Source of the DNA: a virus
Lineage: Duplodnaviria > Caudoviricetes
Length of the DNA stretch: 24,124 nt
Direction: 5' to 3' (one strand)
IMG/VR virus record: IMGVR_UViG_3300044708_000284
Span: 1 to 24,124 of that record
Made by a program: the position numbers and the translations under genes. The number at the start of each line of letters is the position of its first letter. Position 1 is the first letter of the stretch. Positions 17,796 through 24,124 of the stretch are shown here, one piece after another. The notes under the pieces were generated by a model. It was given only the letters and a program-made list of their open reading frames with translations, ran no database searches and was not told the DNA's origin.

Positions 17796-18038
17796 ATGAG
17801 CACAGAAGAGAAGACGCCGGGCCTCATGGGCTTCGGCCAGGCGCTGGAGACGGCGAGGTCCGGGAGGCGGGTGACGAGGCCAGGGCTCTCGGCGCCGCTG
17901 GAGTTCAGGCCTGACCGGGTCAGCGAGCCCGGGAACGTGGTCAACCCCCACTTCGCCGTGGGCGGCAACCCCTACGTGCCCTCGCAGGACGACCTGATGG
18001 CGTACGACTGGCAGGTGGCCGAAGGGGAAGGCACGTGA
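17796..18038 (+). CDS. tad2: DUF2829 / Thoeris anti-defence Tad2-like protein
   Basis: Family signature MGFGQALETARSGRRVTRPG ... YVPSQDDLMAYDWQV. Confidence 0.75.
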   Translation: MSTEEKTPGLMGFGQALETARSGRRVTRPGLSAPLEFRPDRVSEPGNVVNPHFAVGGNPYVPSQDDLMAYDWQVAEGEGT

Positions 18039-18226
18039 GGGCCTACCTCGTGTCGACCGCCGGCGGCCTGAGGAAGTACGCTGGGACGCAGGCCGAGGTC
18101 GCCGCCACCAAGCGCGCGTGGCTGGAGGACGGCACCCTCAAGCGGAAGGAGATCAGCGTGCAGGAGGTCGAGGTGCCCACGGCCAAGGCCGAGCTGATCG
18201 CCTTCATCAACGGCCTCCTGGAGTAG
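18035..18226 (+). CDS. hypothetical protein (63 aa)
   Basis: GTGA overlap with the previous gene and phage-like codon usage. Ends EVEVPTAKAELIAFIN. Confidence 0.7.
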   Translation: MRAYLVSTAGGLRKYAGTQAEVAATKRAWLEDGTLKRKEISVQEVEVPTAKAELIAFINGLLE

Positions 18227-18232
18227 CCGGCC

Positions 18233-18382
18233 GTGGTCCTGCTGTACGAGGACGACCCCGGGGCACCGGGCCCCGACGCCTACACGGCCGAGGAGAAGCG
18301 CAGCCGGGACAGGTCGAGGCGGGCGATGCTGCTCGTCGTCTTCGCCGCTCTGCCGCTGCTCCTGCTCTGGTGGCTGCTGTGA
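18233..18382 (+). CDS. small membrane-anchored protein (49 aa)
   Basis: Absent from the ORF track. Translates as MVLLYEDDPGAPGPDAYTAEEKRSRDRSRRAMLLVVFAALPLLLLWWLL. GGAG RBS; its stop overlaps the next GTG. Confidence 0.6.
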   Translation: MVLLYEDDPGAPGPDAYTAEEKRSRDRSRRAMLLVVFAALPLLLLWWLL

Positions 18383-18663
18383 GCGGGTTCGACGTGCTGG
18401 GACTGCCCGAGAGCTCCACCGCCGACGCCGTCAGGGCCCGGTGGAAGGAGCTGCGGTCGGAGCTGCACCCGGACAGGGGCGGCGACGCGGCGGAGTTCGA
18501 CCAGGCCCTCAAGGCTTACGAGCAGGCGCTCGCCGCGGCGGAGCAGCCGATGGCGTGCCAGCCTTGCGGCGGGACCGGCAGGGCGGAGGTGCGGAGGGGC
18601 TTCAGCGTCACGAGCGTGGCGTGCGGCGGGTGCGGCGGGACGGGGGAGGTGCAGCGTGGCTGA
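18379..18663 (+). CDS. mini J-domain protein with DnaJ-type zinc finger
   Basis: FDVLGL...ELHPDRGG (HPD motif), then CQPCGGTG and CGGCGGTG. Start at GTG 18379. Confidence 0.8.
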   Translation: MSGFDVLGLPESSTADAVRARWKELRSELHPDRGGDAAEFDQALKAYEQALAAAEQPMACQPCGGTGRAEVRRGFSVTSVACGGCGGTGEVQRG

Positions 18664-18952
18664 GACACTGGAGACGATGAAGCTGGCGGCGACGGGGCCG
18701 GACGGCAAGACCAAGTGGCCGCTGCCGTGCGGCTGCAAGTCGAACCACTACTACGCCATGTGTGACGACCACATTCGCGAGTACCACGAGGACGCCGCGC
18801 GGCGCATGGGCGTGCCAGACCTGCAGGTCATCACCGAGAGCGCCGTCATCTCGGAGGCCGCCTGGCGGCAGCTCAGGATCGACGTCGAGGTGAACCTGGC
18901 GCTGCGGCCGACCAAGCCGCTGGTGGTGAGGTTCTTGAGGGGCCGATCGTGA
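18656..18952 (+). CDS. hypothetical protein (Cys/His cluster)
   Basis: GGAGG RBS, overlaps both neighbours, contains PCGC...H...C..H. Confidence 0.6.
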   Translation: MAETLETMKLAATGPDGKTKWPLPCGCKSNHYYAMCDDHIREYHEDAARRMGVPDLQVITESAVISEAAWRQLRIDVEVNLALRPTKPLVVRFLRGRS

Positions 18953-19818
18953 AGCCTATGCTGGCGGCGTCGACTGACGGCGAGGGGCTGAGCTACCCTC
19001 TGCTGGCCTCTCCGAAGCTGGACGGCATCCGCTGCCTCGTGGTGGGTAACGTGGCCTTCAGCCGCAACCTGAAGCCGGTGCCCAACAGGTTCGCGCAGAG
19101 GCTGTTCGGCCGGCGGGAGTTCCACGGGCTCGACGGCGAGCTGGTGGTGGGTCTGGACACCGCGCCTGACGCCTTCCAGCGGAGCTCCTCCGGCATCATG
19201 TCCAGGGACGGCGAGCCGGACGCCGTGTTCCACGTGTTCGACGACTGGTCCTGCGCGCTCGGCTTCGAGGGCCGCCTCGCCGCGGTCAAGAAGAGGGTCC
19301 ACGGCTTTGCCAACCTGCGGTTCGTGCGCCACAGGCTGGTGAGGGACGAGGAGCAGCTGCTCCGCCTCGAGGAGGAGTTCGTCGGTGACGGCTACGAGGG
19401 CATCATGCTGCGGAAGCCAGACGGGCCGTACAAGCAGGGCAGGTCCACGCTGAACGAGGGCTGGCTCATGAAGCTCAAGCGGTTCTCGGACGGCGAGGCG
19501 GAGGTGGTGGGCTACACGCAGCTGCTGCACAACGCCAACGAGGCGACGGTGGGCGAGCTGGGCCAGACCAAGCGCAGCAGCCACAAGGCCGGGAAGGTGG
19601 CCCAAGAGATGCTGGGCGCGCTCACGGTGAGGGACCTGACGACTGACGTGGTCTTCGAGGTGGGCACCGGGTTCACCGAGGACATGCGCAGGCTGCTCTG
19701 GGTCGGGAGGCTCAAGCTGCAGGGCAGGCTCGTCAAGTACAAATACCAGCCCACTGGCGTCAAGGAGAAGCCCCGCTTCCCCGTGTTCCTCGGGTTCCGC
19801 GACCCGGCGGACTTGTGA
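18949..19818 (+). CDS. lig: ATP-dependent DNA ligase
   Basis: Motif I SPKLDGIRC, LDGEL, FHVFD, EGIMLR and LMKLKRF, followed by the OB-domain segments VGTGFT and PRFPVF. Confidence 0.93.
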   Translation: MKPMLAASTDGEGLSYPLLASPKLDGIRCLVVGNVAFSRNLKPVPNRFAQRLFGRREFHGLDGELVVGLDTAPDAFQRSSSGIMSRDGEPDAVFHVFDDWSCALGFEGRLAAVKKRVHGFANLRFVRHRLVRDEEQLLRLEEEFVGDGYEGIMLRKPDGPYKQGRSTLNEGWLMKLKRFSDGEAEVVGYTQLLHNANEATVGELGQTKRSSHKAGKVAQEMLGALTVRDLTTDVVFEVGTGFTEDMRRLLWVGRLKLQGRLVKYKYQPTGVKEKPRFPVFLGFRDPADL

Positions 19819-19825
19819 GGCCACC

Positions 19826-20056
19826 ATGTTTGGGATAGAGATAGCTTTGGCGCAGATGTTGATTGCGCAGCACGAGCGCGAGCACTTTCAGAAGCGGCTG
19901 ATGGAGCTGCCTGAAGATCAGCGACCGGCGTACGAGAAGGCCTACCGCGAGCTGAAGGAGAGGCAGTACAAGGAAGCCACCGTCGAGCGACGCCACCAGG
20001 AGCTGTGCCAGGCCATCCGCGACTCGCGCCCGCGTAGCATTGGGCTATTCCTGTGA
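19826..20056 (+). CDS. hypothetical protein
   Basis: 76-aa helical ORF with a GAGG RBS, right after the ligase. Confidence 0.6.
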   Translation: MFGIEIALAQMLIAQHEREHFQKRLMELPEDQRPAYEKAYRELKERQYKEATVERRHQELCQAIRDSRPRSIGLFL

Positions 20057-20222
20057 GGCTACGAGTAGGGGTGATGCGCAGCATCGTGTTCCAACTATGG
20101 CCTACGCTTGGCATAGGTTACTCGAACGGCTGTAAACTGTGGCATATAGCTCCTTATATAACCTTGCAGGTGGCGTGGTTGCATCGAGGATTAGCGTTCG
20201 ACCTGGTGCTGGAGAGCCGGAC

Positions 20223-20420
20223 ATGAATGACACCCAGCGCCTCGACGCGATAGGCGACTACGGCCTGTGCCTCGCCACCCACGACACGCTGTCCATGGGC
20301 GGCTGGTCGCGCACGTGGGTTGCCACGTACGGCGACCGCGCGATACTGGCGCCCACGATCCGCGAGGCCATCGACCTGGCCGTGCTGGACATCACAGCTC
20401 AGGGCCTGACTCGCAATTAG
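20223..20420 (+). CDS. hypothetical protein (65 aa)
   Basis: ATG 20223 follows GGAGAG. Reads MNDTQRLDAI...TIREAIDLA, a pattern seen in small phage proteins. Confidence 0.6.
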   Translation: MNDTQRLDAIGDYGLCLATHDTLSMGGWSRTWVATYGDRAILAPTIREAIDLAVLDITAQGLTRN

Positions 20421-20423
20421 ATG

Positions 20424-20453
20424 TTTACATCACAGCATCTCCCTCGGTATACT
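20424..20453 (+). promoter_or_regulatory. sigma70-like promoter
   Basis: TTTACA-18 nt-TATACT in the intergenic gap before the replication genes. Confidence 0.6.
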
Positions 20454-20508
20454 CTCCTCCGTGCAAGACCTTGAACAACAGCTCGACAAACTACTGAGGA
20501 AAGCCTAC

Positions 20509-20904
20509 ATGCCAGCCGAAGTGAAGTACAAGTTTCCCCCCAAGCTCGGCGCCTGCGCCGACAGGCTCTACCAGCTCCGCGAGAAGCGGCTGACCATGCA
20601 GAAGGACACCGACGCCGTCGAGGCCGAGGAGAAGGCGCTCAAGGAGCACATCATCCAGACGCTGCCCAAGTCCGAAGCCGGTGGCATCGCGGGCAAGGTG
20701 GCCCGGGTCTCGGTCGTCACCAAGTCGGTGCCGCGGGCCGAGGACTGGGAGAAGGTCCACGCGTACATCAAGAAGACCGGGTCCTTCGACCTGCTGCAGC
20801 GTCGCCTCAGCGACTCGGCCGTGCAGGAGCGCTGGGACGCCGGCAAGAAGGTGCCAGGCGTGGAGCCGTTCAACGTCGTCACGCTATCAGTCAACAAAGT
20901 CTAA
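20509..20904 (+). CDS. conserved phage replication-module protein
   Basis: ATG 20509 follows GAGGA. Coiled-coil N-terminus, then DWEKVHAYI...FDLLQRRLS...VPGVE, typical of genes next to podovirus SSBs. Confidence 0.7.
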   Translation: MPAEVKYKFPPKLGACADRLYQLREKRLTMQKDTDAVEAEEKALKEHIIQTLPKSEAGGIAGKVARVSVVTKSVPRAEDWEKVHAYIKKTGSFDLLQRRLSDSAVQERWDAGKKVPGVEPFNVVTLSVNKV

Positions 20905-20934
20905 CTCGTAACCAAGCAACAGGAGCTCACACCC

Positions 20935-21798
20935 ATGGCAAAGGCCAAACAGTCACAGTCGAAGGCGCTCGTCAAGTGGGACGAACAGCTGGCGAAGGAC
21001 GCAGACATCGCTGCCTCTATGGAGGCCAGCGCCGGCGGCGGCCAGTTCTTCAGCCTCAAGTCGGGGGTGCTCTCTTGGCAGGACGCGCCCATGCCAGACA
21101 ACGAGATGGCGGTCGTCATCCTCGACCACATCTTCGAGACCACCTATTACGGCAGCGAGTACGACGCCGACAACCCGCAGGGCCCCATCGCTTTCGCCTT
21201 CGGCCGGGACGAAGCGTCGCTGGCATGGCACGAGAGCTCAGACCCCGAGTTCGCAGGCAAGCTGTGCAAGGACAGCGAGGTCTGCCAGTGGGGCACGGCT
21301 GACAAGGGCCGCGGCAAGGCGGCGAAGGAGACACGTCGACTGGCACTCATCCCGGCCGGCAACTTCAAGAACGGCAAGCTGCAGCTGATCGACGACGAGC
21401 AGCACTACCTCGAGACGCAGGTGGGCTTCATGAAGCTGCCTGTGACTTCGGTCAAGGGCTTCGCCGGCTTCGTCAAGCAGGTGGCAGGCGCGCTGCGGCG
21501 TCCGCCGCACGGCATAGTCACCAAGGTGAAGGTGCTGCCCGACGCCAAGACCCAGTTCCGCGTGATATTCGAGCCGATCGAGAACGTGCCCGACGAACTG
21601 ATGGGCGCCATCATGAAGCGGCGCGAGGAGGTCATGCAGACGATCGACTTCCCGTACCAGCCTCGTGAAGAGGAGCCTGCCAAGCCTGCGAGGGGCGGGC
21701 GGGAGCGCGACAGCAATCCAGCTGGACGGCCAGGCGGCCGAGCAGCGAAGCCTACAGCCAGAGCCACTGCGCCCGCGAAGAGCTCCCGCCGTTACTGA
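20935..21798 (+). CDS. putative ssDNA-binding/annealing protein
   Basis: 287 aa with an AGGAG RBS. Contains C..SEVCQWG...GRGKAAKETRRLALI and LPVTSVK plus a disordered C-terminal tail. Function inferred from context. Confidence 0.55.
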   Translation: MAKAKQSQSKALVKWDEQLAKDADIAASMEASAGGGQFFSLKSGVLSWQDAPMPDNEMAVVILDHIFETTYYGSEYDADNPQGPIAFAFGRDEASLAWHESSDPEFAGKLCKDSEVCQWGTADKGRGKAAKETRRLALIPAGNFKNGKLQLIDDEQHYLETQVGFMKLPVTSVKGFAGFVKQVAGALRRPPHGIVTKVKVLPDAKTQFRVIFEPIENVPDELMGAIMKRREEVMQTIDFPYQPREEEPAKPARGGRERDSNPAGRPGGRAAKPTARATAPAKSSRRY

Positions 21799-21808
21799 GG
21801 GATGGCCA

Positions 21809-22009
21809 GTGAAGAAGGCAGCCAAGAAGCCAGTGCTGTGGTCGTGGGTGGCTCTGAACGAGCTGCTGCGCGACGCGGACGAGAAGGCCTGTGCCAAGTT
21901 GCTCAGGGAAGAGCAGCGCGGCAGGGCCCGCAAGCAGTTCATCAAGCGCATCCACTCTCGCCTGAACAAGGCGAGGGCGGTCCGCGAGCGCGCTGAGCTG
22001 GCAGAATAG
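21809..22009 (+). CDS. hypothetical basic protein (66 aa)
   Basis: GTG 21809 follows GAGGGA. Reads SWVALNELL...RIHSRLNKARAVRER. Confidence 0.65.
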   Translation: MKKAAKKPVLWSWVALNELLRDADEKACAKLLREEQRGRARKQFIKRIHSRLNKARAVRERAELAE

Positions 22010-22012
22010 TCT

Positions 22013-22165
22013 ATGCAGTCCGACCAGAGAGACCGCTCCCGCATGGCAAGCCAGCGTAGGTTACGGCCGCAAGGCGACAGGCACCTACCTCCGCCAGTGC
22101 TGTACTCAGCTCACACGGGTACCCCTCTCTGCGAGGACTGCTCCCTCATGCGGGGCCTTCGGTGA
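22013..22165 (+). CDS. possible small hypothetical protein (50 aa)
   Basis: ATG-TGA ORF that fills the gap and overlaps the next gene by GTGA. Contains CEDC. No clear RBS. Confidence 0.3.
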   Translation: MQSDQRDRSRMASQRRLRPQGDRHLPPPVLYSAHTGTPLCEDCSLMRGLR

Positions 22166-22449
22166 ATTCAGAGGAAGTCGAGAAGGCCTTCTTCGATGCC
22201 TACAGCACAGGCTTGGGCGTGCTGAGAGTGTCGCATGTCAGCCGACAGGAGATTGAATTGGTAACCTACGAACAGCTGGCGACAGAGCTCGAGGCGCGCA
22301 AGTGTCCGTCATGTGGTGGGCTCGGGACTAAGGATGATGCTGAGCCAGGCGACATCGCCTTCAGAGCGTGGAAGTGCCTGCCGTGCAAGGGCACAGGGCT
22401 CAAGAAGTGCGACGGGCAGCACGCTGGGCCAATAAGAGAGATCACATGA
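22162..22449 (+). CDS. DnaJ-type zinc-finger protein (hypothetical)
   Basis: CPSCGGLG and CLPCKGTG motifs. Confidence 0.55.
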   Translation: MNSEEVEKAFFDAYSTGLGVLRVSHVSRQEIELVTYEQLATELEARKCPSCGGLGTKDDAEPGDIAFRAWKCLPCKGTGLKKCDGQHAGPIREIT

Positions 22450-22922
22450 AGCGAGATATAATACAGGCTCCGGACGTGCGGCTGCGCGCCGTTGCCAAGA
22501 ACTTAGACTCTAATGATGCTGGGTCGGTGGTGGAAGACCTGCGGGATACCTTCGCCGCGACGGGCAACTGCATCGGTCTCGCGGCCCCACAGCTGGGCCA
22601 TCCGTGGCGCGCGATCATCGTAGACGTGACCCCGAAGCGCCTGCAGACATACCTCATGGTGAACCCCGTGATAGTCAAGGCCAGCGAGGACCTGCAGCTC
22701 GTCAGAGACGGGTGCATGTCGGTGGACGGAGGCCGCACGAAAGCCGCCACCAAGAGGCCGAAGCGCATCATCGTCGAGTGGACTGACTTCGACACCGGCG
22801 CAGCCCACCGCCGGAAGTTCAGCGGCCTGCTCGCTGCGTGCATACACCACGAGGTGGACCACTTAGAAGGCCTGCTGTTCCTCAACAGGTTGGCCGTCAA
22901 CCCAGCGCGGGAGCTGCTCTGA
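22446..22922 (+). CDS. def: peptide deformylase
   Basis: Motif 1 CIGLAAPQLG, motif 2 DGCMS (canonical EGCLS) and motif 3 HEVDHLEG. Start at ATG 22446 (ATGA overlap). Confidence 0.9.
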   Translation: MKRDIIQAPDVRLRAVAKNLDSNDAGSVVEDLRDTFAATGNCIGLAAPQLGHPWRAIIVDVTPKRLQTYLMVNPVIVKASEDLQLVRDGCMSVDGGRTKAATKRPKRIIVEWTDFDTGAAHRRKFSGLLAACIHHEVDHLEGLLFLNRLAVNPARELL

Positions 22923-23098
22923 TGGCCTCCGAGATTCTGACGGTGCCGGAGGAGCACCTGCGCGACGTCATAAAGGTGGTGCGCACCGGCCTCAGCCACA
23001 CGAAGACCGTGAGCAAAGAGGTGCGCGACCAGCTCACCAAGTGGTGCCGCGAAGAAGAGCTCTACTTGAACAGGGGCCCAGACATTGAGCAAGGCTGA
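22922..23098 (+). CDS. hypothetical protein (58 aa)
   Basis: TGATG overlap with def, preceded by GGAG. Reads MASEILTVPEEHL... Confidence 0.6.
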   Translation: MASEILTVPEEHLRDVIKVVRTGLSHTKTVSKEVRDQLTKWCREEELYLNRGPDIEQG

Positions 23099-23339
23099 AA
23101 AAATAGAGTACGTGCTGGGCTCGGTCACAGTCCAGCTCTACGAAGCTCCTACGCGCAAAGAAGTGTTCTGCCTAGGGTGCGGAGCATCGCTTTGTGTCTT
23201 CTCATCGACAAAGTGGACACACTCGACGCCGCACGGCGTGCACGTTACATTCGATGCCGAGTGCGGCATATGCCACAGCTCTACCCATGTCGCCCAAGAT
23301 ATTTACAGGTCCACCGAAGAGATGAAGCAGTATGGTTAA
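23085..23339 (+). CDS. hypothetical zinc-ribbon protein
   Basis: CLGC and CGICH motifs. TTG start; overlaps both neighbours. Confidence 0.5.
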   Translation: MSKAEKIEYVLGSVTVQLYEAPTRKEVFCLGCGASLCVFSSTKWTHSTPHGVHVTFDAECGICHSSTHVAQDIYRSTEEMKQYG

Positions 23340-24124
23340 GAAGCCCAAGCCAGTCGTCATCGACTTCGAGACGAAGAAGATCGAGGGCCGGCCGGTGTAC
23401 CCGCCGGAGCCCGTCGGCGTGGCCATCAAGTTGCCGGGCAAGAAGTCCAGGTACTACGCCTGGGGCCACCCATCTAAGAACAACTGCACGAAGGCCGAGG
23501 CCGTCAAGGCGCTGAAGGGTGTATGGCCAGAGGACGACGCGCCGGGCATGTCGCTGCTGTTCCAGAATGGCAAGTTCGACGTCGATGTGGCTGAAGTGCA
23601 CCTCGGCTTGCAGTTGCCCAAGTGGCACCAGATACACGACACCATGTTCTTGCTGTTCCTCGACGATCCCCACCAGCAGGAGCTCAGCCTCAAGCCCGCT
23701 GCCGTGCGTCTGCTAGGCTGGGCCGCGGAGGAGCAGGAGGCCGTCATGTCATGGCTGCTGAAGGAGCAGCCTGTCGAGGGCATCAAGCTCTCCAAGGCCA
23801 AGGGCAGCGACAACTACTGGGCGGCGTACATATCCTACGCGCCAGGCGATCTGGTAGGAACCTACGCATGCGGCGACGTGGACCGCACCGAGGCCATCTT
23901 CGACCTGCTGTGGCCTAGGACACAGGAGCGCGAGATGCTCGAGGCCTACGACCGCGAGCGGCGCCTCATGCCCATACTGCTCGAGGCCGAGCGCCAGGGG
24001 GTACCGGTAGACCTCAAGCGGCTCAGGGCTGACGTCAAACTGTACAACACGTGGCGGGACAAGATCAACCTGTGGATCATCAAAGCACTGAGGGCCTCGC
24101 CTGACATCAACCTGGACTCCGGCG
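23332..24124 (+). CDS. polA: family A DNA polymerase, N-terminal 3'-5' exonuclease part (truncated by window edge)
   Basis: Absent from the ORF track. Reads MVKKPKPVVIDFET (ExoI), QNGKFD (ExoII), HDTM, YACGDVDRT (ExoIII) and ERQGVPVD; open to the window end. Confidence 0.88.
   Translation, partial: MVKKPKPVVIDFETKKIEGRPVYPPEPVGVAIKLPGKKSRYYAWGHPSKNNCTKAEAVKALKGVWPEDDAPGMSLLFQNGKFDVDVAEVHLGLQLPKWHQIHDTMFLLFLDDPHQQELSLKPAAVRLLGWAAEEQEAVMSWLLKEQPVEGIKLSKAKGSDNYWAAYISYAPGDLVGTYACGDVDRTEAIFDLLWPRTQEREMLEAYDRERRLMPILLEAERQGVPVDLKRLRADVKLYNTWRDKINLWIIKALRASPDINLDSG

Noticed and set aside
18118-18378. N-terminal extension of the J-domain ORF given in the track (181 aa)
   Set aside because: It overlaps two better ORFs in other frames. 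GTG 18379 gives a canonical J-domain start with stop-start coupling.
20057-20222. Possible tRNA or ncRNA in the intergenic gap
   Set aside because: Only short, weak inverted repeats are present. No cloverleaf, T-loop or CCA end was found.
1-24124. Integrase, repressor, lysis genes, introns/inteins, stop-codon recoding
   Set aside because: None was seen. Core genes are uninterrupted in the standard code and use TAA, TAG and TGA as stops. Lifestyle and host cannot be determined from this window.

Overview
This window is a fragment of a GC-rich tailed dsDNA phage genome (podovirus-like, P22/APSE-type morphogenesis module) with two divergent arms. The minus-strand arm (1-14707) runs terS, terL, portal, scaffold, P22-type major capsid, accessory head proteins, gp4- and gp10-like head-tail connectors, a putative needle protein, a DUF6445-like 2OG-Fe(II) oxygenase and three DNA-ejection proteins. 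An AT-rich intergenic region with repeated CGAAGC hexamers (14708-15230) is a candidate origin or control region. The plus-strand arm (15231-24124) encodes a TOPRIM primase-helicase, small accessory genes, a mini J-domain protein, an ATP-dependent ligase, a putative SSB, a peptide deformylase and the 5' part of a family A DNA polymerase. The main points of interest are (i) a candidate anti-defence 'signal-sponge' cluster after the primase (a Gp49/Acb4-like N-terminus fused to a Y16Q-like hairpin domain, then a divergent Tad2/DUF2829 protein and small unknown ORFs); (ii) an oxygenase with its own promoter in the slot held by gp14 in P22; (iii) a putative pseudoknot before the scaffold gene; and (iv) a J-domain/PDF set that may manipulate host proteostasis. 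All family assignments come from motif recognition and synteny, not database searches.
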